A program made the position numbers and the translations under genes. DNA of 64,000 nt. Origin: a virus. The stretch covers positions 23,474 to 87,473 of the IMG/VR virus record IMGVR_UViG_3300010370_000029, one strand, 5' to 3'. The notes below the pieces were generated by a model. It was not told where the DNA came from. It saw only the letters and a program-made list of their open reading frames with translations, and searched no databases. Shown here in pieces: positions 36,222-44,963 of the stretch (positions are counted from its first letter, which is position 1; every line of letters starts with the position of its first letter).

Positions 36222-36897
36222 ACGTATAGCATTAATATTGTCTGGTAAGTCTCGGAGTGGAATGTTCTGTTTTCCGTATATCTACGACGCCTTCTTAAAC
36301 AACAATTATAATGTAGATGTGTTCGTTCACACGTGGGATGATTATCGGGTATTGGACTTATATAAACCAAAGCAAATATTGATTGAACGTAATGAACAAG
36401 AAATTTTAGAATACTTGTTTCGGCAATTAACGTTATCAAACACTATGAGTTTTGAAGGAAGAATTGACAACGTTTTGCTAATGTATTATTCTTTAAAGCG
36501 GTCATTCGATATTATTGATGAACCATATGATTATGTAATTCGTAGCAGATTCGATGTCATTATTCAAGATAAATTTAATATCGAACCAATCATTACCGAA
36601 TTAGAAGAAGATAAATATGACATCTTCATTCCAGATGAAGTGTTTAATTTCGGTGGATATCAAGATAGAGTAGCAATTGGTAAGTTCGAAGCAATGAAAA
36701 CATATTGCGATACCATAGTAAATATCAACAGTATTGCTACCAGCATCAATCGGTGGCACCCAGAAACTTTCTTAAAGCACCAACTAGATTCAGAACAAAT
36801 TCGAGTAATGCAGCGTGATATCAATCACCGACTAGTACGTAGTAGTAGTGTTGTTACCAATTGGCCAGAAAATCCATTTAAATTCTTAGATTTATAA
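36211..36897 (+). CDS. putative glycosyltransferase (KxAxxxSG / YDxVIRxRxD family), copy 1
   Basis: IALILSG, DVFVHTW, YDYVIRSRFD, D..AIG, HPE. Confidence 0.6.
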   Translation: MADKRIALILSGKSRSGMFCFPYIYDAFLNNNYNVDVFVHTWDDYRVLDLYKPKQILIERNEQEILEYLFRQLTLSNTMSFEGRIDNVLLMYYSLKRSFDIIDEPYDYVIRSRFDVIIQDKFNIEPIITELEEDKYDIFIPDEVFNFGGYQDRVAIGKFEAMKTYCDTIVNINSIATSINRWHPETFLKHQLDSEQIRVMQRDINHRLVRSSSVVTNWPENPFKFLDL

Positions 36898-36908
36898 TTG
36901 AGGGAAGT

Positions 36909-37520
36909 ATGAAAGTAAAAATCGATGTCGGTGCAAATAGAGGCGCAGAAACAAAAGAGATGGCAGCAGATGGGTCAATCGTTTATGCGTTTGAACCAAC
37001 GTGGGAATTAATTACACAACATTTATGGCCACTTTCTTTTGAGAACTCTAATATTAGAATCATACCATTTGCAGTAGATGTGGAAAATTCATTTAAGAAG
37101 TTCAATGTTGCTGGATTTGGAGATTGGGGCTGCAGTAGCTTGCATGATTTTGCAAAGGACATTCATCAGAAGTGGCCCGACCGCCCAGACTTTCAAGTGA
37201 CACATGCATATATTGTTCCGACGATAACCCTATTCGATTTCTGTACATTGTATCAAATTGATGAGATTGATGAATTGCATATTGATGCACAAGGTAATGA
37301 TTTGAATGTTTTAAAGAGTCTGGGAAGTAAGGTCGATATAGTAAAGCAAGGCGTGGTTGAGGCAGCTAATGCGGTCAACCTTTACGACAACGTAAACAAT
37401 CGAATCGAAGATGTCAGAAAGTTTTTAACTGACAACGGGTTTGAAATTTATAGTGAAACTCAAAATGATTGGTTATCTGCTGAGATGAACGTACACTTTA
37501 AGAGGAAGTCTCATGACTAA
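36909..37520 (+). CDS. FkbM-family SAM-dependent methyltransferase
   Basis: IDVGANRG, VYAFEP, IDAQG.D..VL. Confidence 0.88.
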   Translation: MKVKIDVGANRGAETKEMAADGSIVYAFEPTWELITQHLWPLSFENSNIRIIPFAVDVENSFKKFNVAGFGDWGCSSLHDFAKDIHQKWPDRPDFQVTHAYIVPTITLFDFCTLYQIDEIDELHIDAQGNDLNVLKSLGSKVDIVKQGVVEAANAVNLYDNVNNRIEDVRKFLTDNGFEIYSETQNDWLSAEMNVHFKRKSHD

Positions 37521-38880
37521 ATTAATTATATTTGATTTGGATGGGGTATTAGTAGAAGCGAAAGAGATTCATTATGAAACTCTAAATTCTGCTATTGTTG
37601 ATGTGACCGGCAATTCTAATATGGCAATTTCGTGGGATGAGCATCTCTCAACATATGACGGATTAAAAACTAATGAGAAGCTAGAAATGCTCACCGAACG
37701 GAAGCAGTTAGACTCATCATTCCATAAGCAAATTTGGGAACGTAAGCAAAAGTACACGCTAGACGCATTATCTGACCTCCCACAAGATAAACGGCTCCAA
37801 GAGATATTCGCTTCATTAAAATCTGACGGATATATGACTGCATGCTGTTCGAACTCTATTCGTCGGTCTGTATTGACGATGTTATCCAAACTAGGATTAA
37901 TAGAGTATATGGACTTAATCATTTCTAATGAAGATGTCAAAAACAGCAAGCCTCATCCAGAAATGTACTGGAAAGCGATGAGTATGATGGGTGTTCTTCC
38001 AGAAGAAACGTTAATAGTTGAAGATTCTCCTCCTGGGTTATTAGCGGCATCCAGAAGTCGTGCAAATATATTAAGAGTAAATAACCCGCGTGACTTGACA
38101 AAAGAAAAATTATATGATAAGTTACAAGAGAAGAAGTCTTTTACAATTCCTAAATGGCAAGGTGGTAAGATGAACGTATTAATTCCAATGGCAGGTGCAG
38201 GTAGTAGATTCCAACAGGCCGGCTATACATTTCCAAAACCCTTAATTGATGTTCGTGGAAAGCCAATGATTCAAGTGGTTGCTGAGAACTTGAATATTGA
38301 CGCCACATTTATTTATGTGGTGCAAAAGGAACATCGTGAGAAGTATAATCTTGATACGTTACTCAATCTCATTACACCAAATTGCAAAATTGTGGAAGTG
38401 AATGGCATGACCGAGGGCGCGGCATGTACTACCTTACTCGCCAAAGAACACATCAATACAGATGAACCCTTATTGATGGCAAACTCCGACCAGTTTGTTG
38501 AGTGGGATTCTAACGAGTTTATGTACAAGATGGTGGAACAAAACCTTGATGGGGGTATTGTAACATTTAGAGCTACCCACCCTAAGTGGTCATTTGCTAA
38601 GGTGGATTCCCAAGGGTATGTGACCGAAGTTGCCGAAAAGAATCCCATTTCGGATATAGCGACGGTTGGTATCTATTATTGGAAGCGGGGGTCTGATTAC
38701 GTAAAGTTTGCCGAACAGATGATTGAAAAGAACATTCGAGTAAATAACGAATTCTATGTCTGCCCCGTGTTCAACCAGGCACTTGAATCTGGTTTGAAGG
38801 TTAAGCCATTTGATGTACCCAAAATGTGGGGACTCGGAACCCCAGAAGATTTGAAGTATTTCTTAGAAAACCAGCAGTAA
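37513..38880 (+). CDS. HAD phosphatase + sugar nucleotidyltransferase fusion
   Basis: FDLDGVL, KPHP, VEDS; then IPMAGAGSRF..AGY..PKPLI, ANSDQ, AEK, GLGTPED. Confidence 0.85.
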   Translation: MTKLIIFDLDGVLVEAKEIHYETLNSAIVDVTGNSNMAISWDEHLSTYDGLKTNEKLEMLTERKQLDSSFHKQIWERKQKYTLDALSDLPQDKRLQEIFASLKSDGYMTACCSNSIRRSVLTMLSKLGLIEYMDLIISNEDVKNSKPHPEMYWKAMSMMGVLPEETLIVEDSPPGLLAASRSRANILRVNNPRDLTKEKLYDKLQEKKSFTIPKWQGGKMNVLIPMAGAGSRFQQAGYTFPKPLIDVRGKPMIQVVAENLNIDATFIYVVQKEHREKYNLDTLLNLITPNCKIVEVNGMTEGAACTTLLAKEHINTDEPLLMANSDQFVEWDSNEFMYKMVEQNLDGGIVTFRATHPKWSFAKVDSQGYVTEVAEKNPISDIATVGIYYWKRGSDYVKFAEQMIEKNIRVNNEFYVCPVFNQALESGLKVKPFDVPKMWGLGTPEDLKYFLENQQ

Positions 38881-38885
38881 TTTGT

Positions 38886-39593
38886 ATGAAAGTAGCATTA
38901 CTGTTGTCAGGGTTAGCCCGTAAGGTAGAAGATGGATATAATGCAACGTGGAAGCATGTTATAGAAAATTATGACACCGATGTTTATCTACACGCATGGA
39001 AAGATGAGGAATGGGAAAGGGTACCACAGATATACGACAACAAGGTGAAATCATTACAAATACAAGACCCATTCAAATTTACCCATTTTAAGCAAGGTAT
39101 TTCATTACCACACAAAGATACATCAAGACCGCTTCCACAATACGATGTGATGAGTTGTTTTAGACAGTTCCCTATGGTCTATAGTTGGCAAAAGACATAT
39201 CAGAATCTATATGACACAAATATTTCATACGATTTTGTTATACGGAGTCGGTATGATATGGGAGTAAATAGTCCGATTGATTTACATTTGCTTGACAACG
39301 ACTTAATATATCACGGACTTGGTGGGGCACATTACGATGACAATCTCTGCATAGCAAATCATATGCACTCAGAAATATTATTCCATAATGTATTTGATAA
39401 ATTAATAGAATATTCTAGAGAAACTGGAATTTTAAATAGTGCAGAATCAAGCTGGACTATGATACTCAATAGAGCTGGACTACTTGATAAAGTACGTTCA
39501 ACCCATCTACTGGCATTCAAATTGTTTAGAGATAACTGGTTATGGTGGGGCGATGAGAATGGAAATATAATTTCGGAAAGGAAACTTACCTAA
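38886..39593 (+). CDS. putative glycosyltransferase (same family), copy 2
   Basis: MKVALLLSG, DVYLHAW, YDFVIRSRYD. Confidence 0.6.
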   Translation: MKVALLLSGLARKVEDGYNATWKHVIENYDTDVYLHAWKDEEWERVPQIYDNKVKSLQIQDPFKFTHFKQGISLPHKDTSRPLPQYDVMSCFRQFPMVYSWQKTYQNLYDTNISYDFVIRSRYDMGVNSPIDLHLLDNDLIYHGLGGAHYDDNLCIANHMHSEILFHNVFDKLIEYSRETGILNSAESSWTMILNRAGLLDKVRSTHLLAFKLFRDNWLWWGDENGNIISERKLT

Positions 39594-39612
39594 GCTTAAG
39601 AGAAAACAGATT

Positions 39613-40785
39613 ATGGTATCAAACAATATCCCTTTATTTAAAGTTTGGATGAACCCACTAGCGAAAGAAGAAGTCGCAAAGGTATTAGACAGTGGATACA
39701 TTGGACAGGGCCCTAAGGTCGATGAATTTGAAGAACAACTTCGTCAGTACTTGGGGGTCGAGCATTTAGTTACACTGAACTCTGGTACATCTGGACTACA
39801 TTTAGCGTTACATATGTTAAAGCAACCATACGTGCTGGTAGACGGATATAGTGAAATTGATTGGCCGGGATTGAATGTCGGTGATGAAGTACTTACCACC
39901 TCGTTGACCTGTACCGCTACAAACTTTCCGATATTAGCCAACGGGTTAAATATTAAATGGGTTGACCTCGACCCGACTACGTTGAATATGGACTTGGATG
40001 ATTTGGAACGTAAGCTCTCTCCAACCACCAAAGTAATCATAGCCATGCATTGGGGAGGATACCCATTAGATTTGGACAGATTACAACTTATCAAGAAAAA
40101 GTGTAAAGAGAAGTTTGGGTTCTCACCAGTTATTTTACAAGACTGTGCTCATGCGATGGGTTCTTTATATAAGAACAAGAGTCTCGCAACTTACGGTGAC
40201 TTAACTATGTACAGTCTCCAAGCTATTAAGCATATAACATCGGTGGATGGTGGTATCTTAGTAGTTCCTCCTCACTTGAATAAGCGGGCACGGCTTTTAC
40301 GTTGGTATGGAATTGACCGTGATGAAAAGGGACGTACGGATTTTAGATGCGAGGCAGATATCCCAGAGTGGGGATTCAAGTTCCATATGAATGACGTATG
40401 TGCTACTGTTGGTATGGCAAACTTACAAGATGTAAATCATATTGTCGATACCCATAAGAGTAACGCAAAATACTACGACACAAATCTTTCGGATGTCTCT
40501 GGAGTGACGACCTTAACTAGACATCCAGAACGGGATTCAGCATTCTGGATTTATAGTATGTTGGTGCAAGATAGACCTGGGTTTTACCGCTGGATGAAAG
40601 AGTGCAACATCACGGTATCTCAGGTACACGAACGAAACGATAAGCACAGTGGATTACAACAGTTTAAGACTGAGCTTCCAGTATTGGATAGAACTATTGG
40701 TAATGTTGTTTCTATTCCGGTCGGCTGGTGGGTAACCGAGGAACAACGTGAATATATCGTTGATTGTATAAAGAAGGGCTGGTAA
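39613..40785 (+). CDS. DegT/DnrJ/EryC1/StrS sugar aminotransferase
   Basis: GPKV.EFE, NSGTSGL, DCAHA, SLQAIKHIT..DGG. Confidence 0.92.
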   Translation: MVSNNIPLFKVWMNPLAKEEVAKVLDSGYIGQGPKVDEFEEQLRQYLGVEHLVTLNSGTSGLHLALHMLKQPYVLVDGYSEIDWPGLNVGDEVLTTSLTCTATNFPILANGLNIKWVDLDPTTLNMDLDDLERKLSPTTKVIIAMHWGGYPLDLDRLQLIKKKCKEKFGFSPVILQDCAHAMGSLYKNKSLATYGDLTMYSLQAIKHITSVDGGILVVPPHLNKRARLLRWYGIDRDEKGRTDFRCEADIPEWGFKFHMNDVCATVGMANLQDVNHIVDTHKSNAKYYDTNLSDVSGVTTLTRHPERDSAFWIYSMLVQDRPGFYRWMKECNITVSQVHERNDKHSGLQQFKTELPVLDRTIGNVVSIPVGWWVTEEQREYIVDCIKKGW

Positions 40786-41252
40786 TGTTGTTATTTCGTC
40801 CAATCACCGTAGACGATGCCCCGTTTATTAATAGGGTTCGTAATGGGTATGCTAAAGAATTCTTACACACTGACAAGACATTCACGTTGGAAGAAACCGT
40901 TGCGTGGATAGGACTGGCAACCAATAACATTCCATACTGGATAATAGAGTTGGATAGAATTGTCGTAGGATATTTTAGATTGAGTATCCAAGAAGATAAA
41001 CTTTATATTGGCGCGGACATAGCACCAGAACACACGGGAAAGGGTATAGCAAAACAATCTTATAAATTCTTCATTCCATTTGTTTTGGAAAAGTACAATA
41101 CAAACGAGTTGTATTTAGAAGTATTATCAACCAATCACAGAGCAAAACGTTTGTATGATTCATTGGGGTTTGTTGAAATCAGCAGATACCCTATGGAAAA
41201 AAATGGTGAATCTATTGAATCTATCGTAATGAAATATGAAAATAGGAATTAA
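40785..41252 (+). CDS. GNAT N-acetyltransferase (PseH-like)
   Basis: TGKGIAK, LEVLSTN.RA..LY..LGF; TAATG coupling to the aminotransferase. Confidence 0.82.
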   Translation: MLLFRPITVDDAPFINRVRNGYAKEFLHTDKTFTLEETVAWIGLATNNIPYWIIELDRIVVGYFRLSIQEDKLYIGADIAPEHTGKGIAKQSYKFFIPFVLEKYNTNELYLEVLSTNHRAKRLYDSLGFVEISRYPMEKNGESIESIVMKYENRN

Positions 41253-41907
41253 TTTAGTAGGCGTTTCTTACAATGACGGGATGTTTGGTCGGTATAGAAA
41301 CTATGAAGATGCCGTAGGTGGATTTTTTGCAAATGTGGTGACCCCTTTACGTGACGAGGGGCACGACATATATTTCTATTTGTATAGCTACGATAGCCAA
41401 AAGAAGAATGACATCTTGAATACGTACACACCAGTAAAAAAGTCTGTGTTTGTTGATGCTGGGTTGAATAAAGTTGGTGGTGGGGATAAGCTACCGAATG
41501 GACTTAAGGTTATTTCTAACTCGTACATTAATAGTTTAAATCAATTACTTGGCGAAGATTTAGATTTAGTAATCTCTACCAGATATGATATCAACTTCTT
41601 CAAGAACCCATTTAAAGAATACCACTACGATTTCACAAAGTGTAACTTTTTGTGGAGAGAGCCGGAGTTCATGCATATCCCGATTGTCAACGACACGTTC
41701 ATCGTATTTCCATATAGCATGACACAGAACTTAATAAATGCTATTTTTGAAATGGAGGTCAATCCGCCGTATGGAGTTGGAGTGGCTATGCACAATATCT
41801 TTGTTACAATGGCAAATCAAGTCGGTATAGAAAACGTCAGATGGGTATGTGACGAATTTAAAACCGCAACACAAAACAATCTTTATAAATTGATGAGAAA
41901 CGAATAA
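41236..41907 (+). CDS. putative glycosyltransferase (same family), copy 3
   Basis: MKIGINLVG, LDLVISTRYD, VNDTF. Confidence 0.5.
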   Translation: MKIGINLVGVSYNDGMFGRYRNYEDAVGGFFANVVTPLRDEGHDIYFYLYSYDSQKKNDILNTYTPVKKSVFVDAGLNKVGGGDKLPNGLKVISNSYINSLNQLLGEDLDLVISTRYDINFFKNPFKEYHYDFTKCNFLWREPEFMHIPIVNDTFIVFPYSMTQNLINAIFEMEVNPPYGVGVAMHNIFVTMANQVGIENVRWVCDEFKTATQNNLYKLMRNE

Positions 41908-42671
41908 TGAGTAAACCGATTAGTGCGTTCTTGTGGGCATGGAGAAACTATGAAGCGGGGTCAAAGTCTTTACGTAGTTTACGGAGATTTTATCCAGACG
42001 CAGATTTGTTTATTCAAGTTGACTACGAAGGTGATGTAGAAAATTATACAAAGATAGCTGAACAACTTGATGCTACTGTAAATCGTAATGCGTTTCAATT
42101 AGGGTATTGTGGTGATTTCGGTTATGTAACGGTCGGTCGTACTCATTGGCCAAGAACCCATTCGTTTGAATGGTTAAATAATTTGTATAAGGCTTGTTGT
42201 TCTACGGATTCAAAGTATATGATTATTCTTGAAGAGGATGATTTTATTTTACGTCCGATAACTTTACTCCAGCAAGACTTATCAATTGCTATACATCCTA
42301 CTTGTCCTTCACCCACCGGTATTAACAGACCAAACAAGATTGATGGGAGACTGTTAGAATATTCTAAGCAACGAGGTGGGATAAGCGAAGCGCCTGGGTA
42401 TGGGGCAGGAGGCGGTGCCTTTGTTAACCGAGAGCATTACATATCCGCATGGGAACGCTGTAAGGAAGAGTTGTGGAATGATTATGATACCTTAGCGGGG
42501 TATAGTCATATAGTTGGATGGCAAGACTTTATCGTTCAATATGTAATGATGTTGGGTGGATACCCAGTAATACAAAATCCATATCTTGCCGAGCATTGGG
42601 AAGTTGGAGAACGGTGGGACACATTCGAAATCATCACGGGATTTAAAAACCATACATTGGTAGAAATATAA
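41907..42671 (+). CDS. GT-A-like glycosyltransferase
   Basis: L.SLR..YP, Y.IILEEDD, GGG; context. Confidence 0.6.
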   Translation: MSKPISAFLWAWRNYEAGSKSLRSLRRFYPDADLFIQVDYEGDVENYTKIAEQLDATVNRNAFQLGYCGDFGYVTVGRTHWPRTHSFEWLNNLYKACCSTDSKYMIILEEDDFILRPITLLQQDLSIAIHPTCPSPTGINRPNKIDGRLLEYSKQRGGISEAPGYGAGGGAFVNREHYISAWERCKEELWNDYDTLAGYSHIVGWQDFIVQYVMMLGGYPVIQNPYLAEHWEVGERWDTFEIITGFKNHTLVEI

Positions 42672-43471
42672 TGAAAATAGCCATAATAGGATGTATAACA
42701 AAATACGGTGTGGATGATATCAAACCTTACGTAAATTCCATCGCAAAGTCTGGATTTACGGGAAAGAAGATTATGTTGGTATATGATGTTCCAGAAGCCA
42801 CCACACAGTTTTTAAATGACAGTGGTTGGGAAGTCTATGAGGGACAACTACAGCAACACATCATCGTACAGCGGTTCCACGATGTTAGCCAGCTGTGTAA
42901 CTTATTGGATGATGATGTTCTCATATGGACCGATGTTAAGGACGTTATATTCCAACAAGACCCCACGGAATGGTTAGCGAAGAATATGAAAAAGCCCATA
43001 CTAGCTACGTCAGAAGCCATCACCTTCAAAGATGAAGAGTGGGCAGTAGTAAATGCTGGGACATCCTTCCCAGAGGAATGGGAGTCTCTACAACACAAGC
43101 CTTCGTATTGTGCTGGAACCATCGTTGGTCAGCGTGAATATATCAGAGATTTATTCAATGAAATATATCGGTGGTCATTAACCACCAGTAACCCATCTCA
43201 ACTAAGTGACCAAGCCGCATACAATGTGTTAATTAACTTAAAACACTTTGAGAATGATGTACAATTTGTAAAACAGAATGAGGGGCTAGTGGTTCATATG
43301 GGAGTGTCGTGGATTAAACGGCATACCCATACGGATAAACTTTTAGAGACACCACCTTTTGTTTCTGTTGATTGGACGGTAACCTCTGAAAACTCTGATA
43401 CGTTTTGTATCGTGCATCAGTACGACCGTGACCCACAATTAAAACAATATTTACTTAAAAAGTATGCTTGA
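42671..43471 (+). CDS. GT-A-like glycosyltransferase
   Basis: TDVKDVIFQ.DP, CAG...G, DQAAYN, HQYDR. Confidence 0.7.
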   Translation: MKIAIIGCITKYGVDDIKPYVNSIAKSGFTGKKIMLVYDVPEATTQFLNDSGWEVYEGQLQQHIIVQRFHDVSQLCNLLDDDVLIWTDVKDVIFQQDPTEWLAKNMKKPILATSEAITFKDEEWAVVNAGTSFPEEWESLQHKPSYCAGTIVGQREYIRDLFNEIYRWSLTTSNPSQLSDQAAYNVLINLKHFENDVQFVKQNEGLVVHMGVSWIKRHTHTDKLLETPPFVSVDWTVTSENSDTFCIVHQYDRDPQLKQYLLKKYA

Positions 43472-44372
43472 GATTGTTATCTTTATCCTGCCCACGGAGT
43501 TAAGTGAACTACGAACTACTATTAAACGGTTGCGGGAATCTGCCAAGTTATTATTTCCACAACACCGACATCGATTTAATGTAATTATGGGCGTATCTGA
43601 TGAAATCGTGGATTGGTCACGGAGTGAATGGACACGGCAACAATGTAAAGAAGAATTTGAAGATATCGCTAAATTGGTAGATTGGACAGAATCAAAGTTC
43701 ACGGTGTCTACCACTATCAACGGATGTACCACAGCTAGAAAGCACAAGGCGTTTGACACTAACGCAACTTGGTATTTGTGGTTGGATGTCGATATTATTT
43801 TCCCAGAAGAAACATTATATACAACATTTAATTCTGTTGAAATAATAGAGGATGCTGGAATTAATAAATTTGTATTGACTCCATCAACGGTTCGGCTGTG
43901 GGACAGTACATGGGATTGTCTGGTATCTCCCAGATTCCTTGATAAGCCATTGGGGTATGAACGGCAAAACAATCCATATGAAGATGCCGTCTTGTCTAAT
44001 ATAACAGAATTTACTTTATCAGAAGTGCGTAACACTTCACAAGGGCAACCCTATATGAAATTTGCGGGTGGGTGGTTTACGATAATATCGCATGCCCTCT
44101 TGACAACCGTTCCAATTCCAGATAGCTTTAGTCATTATGGATTAGAAGATACATATATTATGTGGGGAACGCACATACTCAGCGACCCCAATATAAAGCA
44201 ATTTAGAAATGAAGAACTTGTTGTGTGTGAGAATTATTTTGACCGTGATGTTTATTTAAAAAATAAGATTAAATTAATTGACCGGCGTGAAGAATATAAG
44301 AATCACAACACACAAATGTTTAATATAGAGTTGAACAATCTTTTAAGAGGTTATAATGCAAATAGACTATGA
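43464..44372 (+). CDS. GT2-like glycosyltransferase
   Basis: WLDVDI, GGW, YGLED. Confidence 0.65.
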   Translation: MLEIVIFILPTELSELRTTIKRLRESAKLLFPQHRHRFNVIMGVSDEIVDWSRSEWTRQQCKEEFEDIAKLVDWTESKFTVSTTINGCTTARKHKAFDTNATWYLWLDVDIIFPEETLYTTFNSVEIIEDAGINKFVLTPSTVRLWDSTWDCLVSPRFLDKPLGYERQNNPYEDAVLSNITEFTLSEVRNTSQGQPYMKFAGGWFTIISHALLTTVPIPDSFSHYGLEDTYIMWGTHILSDPNIKQFRNEELVVCENYFDRDVYLKNKIKLIDRREEYKNHNTQMFNIELNNLLRGYNANRL

Positions 44373-44718
44373 TTTCAAAAATCCAGATATCGTTGCACAA
44401 ATAGAACGAGAATACCCTGAAATGATGGGCATGTACAAGCAGATTATGATGGAACAATATGAAACGTTCTGTCTGAAACAGTCCAACTATGGTCCCGGTA
44501 ATATCTCTGTTGGTACCTCTCTCGTAACCCAAGAAGATATTAAGTTGTCGTTGACGGGACTCTGGTTCCGTATGAACGATAAGATTCAGCGGTTGAAGCA
44601 GCTAGTCGTATTAGGTAAGCAGGACAATGTGGGAGAGGCAGTGGAAGATACCTTCCAAGACCTATCGGTATACGGGGTCATCTGTCAGTTGGTTAATCGT
44701 GGTAAGTGGGCAAAATAA
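44356..44718 (+). CDS. nucleotide-modification-associated domain 1 (DUF1599, MazG-like) protein
   Basis: K..NYG..NI, R.NDK..RL, E..EDTF.DL..Y. Confidence 0.75.
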   Translation: MQIDYDFKNPDIVAQIEREYPEMMGMYKQIMMEQYETFCLKQSNYGPGNISVGTSLVTQEDIKLSLTGLWFRMNDKIQRLKQLVVLGKQDNVGEAVEDTFQDLSVYGVICQLVNRGKWAK

Positions 44719-44740
44719 CTTTATAATAGGAGAATACGTA

Positions 44741-44926
44741 ATGCCGAAGTGGAGTTTTAATGGACGAATTGACGATGATGACTTTGAATTCGAAGATGAT
44801 TTCAATGTAGACGAACAATACACGGGATTCCAAAAGATTGGCCGCCGGAGTCGTCAAGAGGAAGAGGCACGTGGTCAAAAGAAAAAGTCCAGCGTGAAAC
44901 ACCAAAAGCGTCCAGATAAAGAATAA
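44741..44926 (+). CDS. small charged hypothetical protein
   Basis: AGGAG RBS; acidic N-half, basic C-half. Confidence 0.6.
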   Translation: MPKWSFNGRIDDDDFEFEDDFNVDEQYTGFQKIGRRSRQEEEARGQKKKSSVKHQKRPDKE

Positions 44927-44931
44927 TATTA

Positions 44932-44940
44932 CTATTTATT
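44932..44940 (+). promoter_or_regulatory. putative late-type promoter motif
   Basis: CTATTTATT about 30 nt before ATG 44964. Confidence 0.45.
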
Positions 44941-44963
44941 ATAGTATCCTTTTCTGGTGAAAT

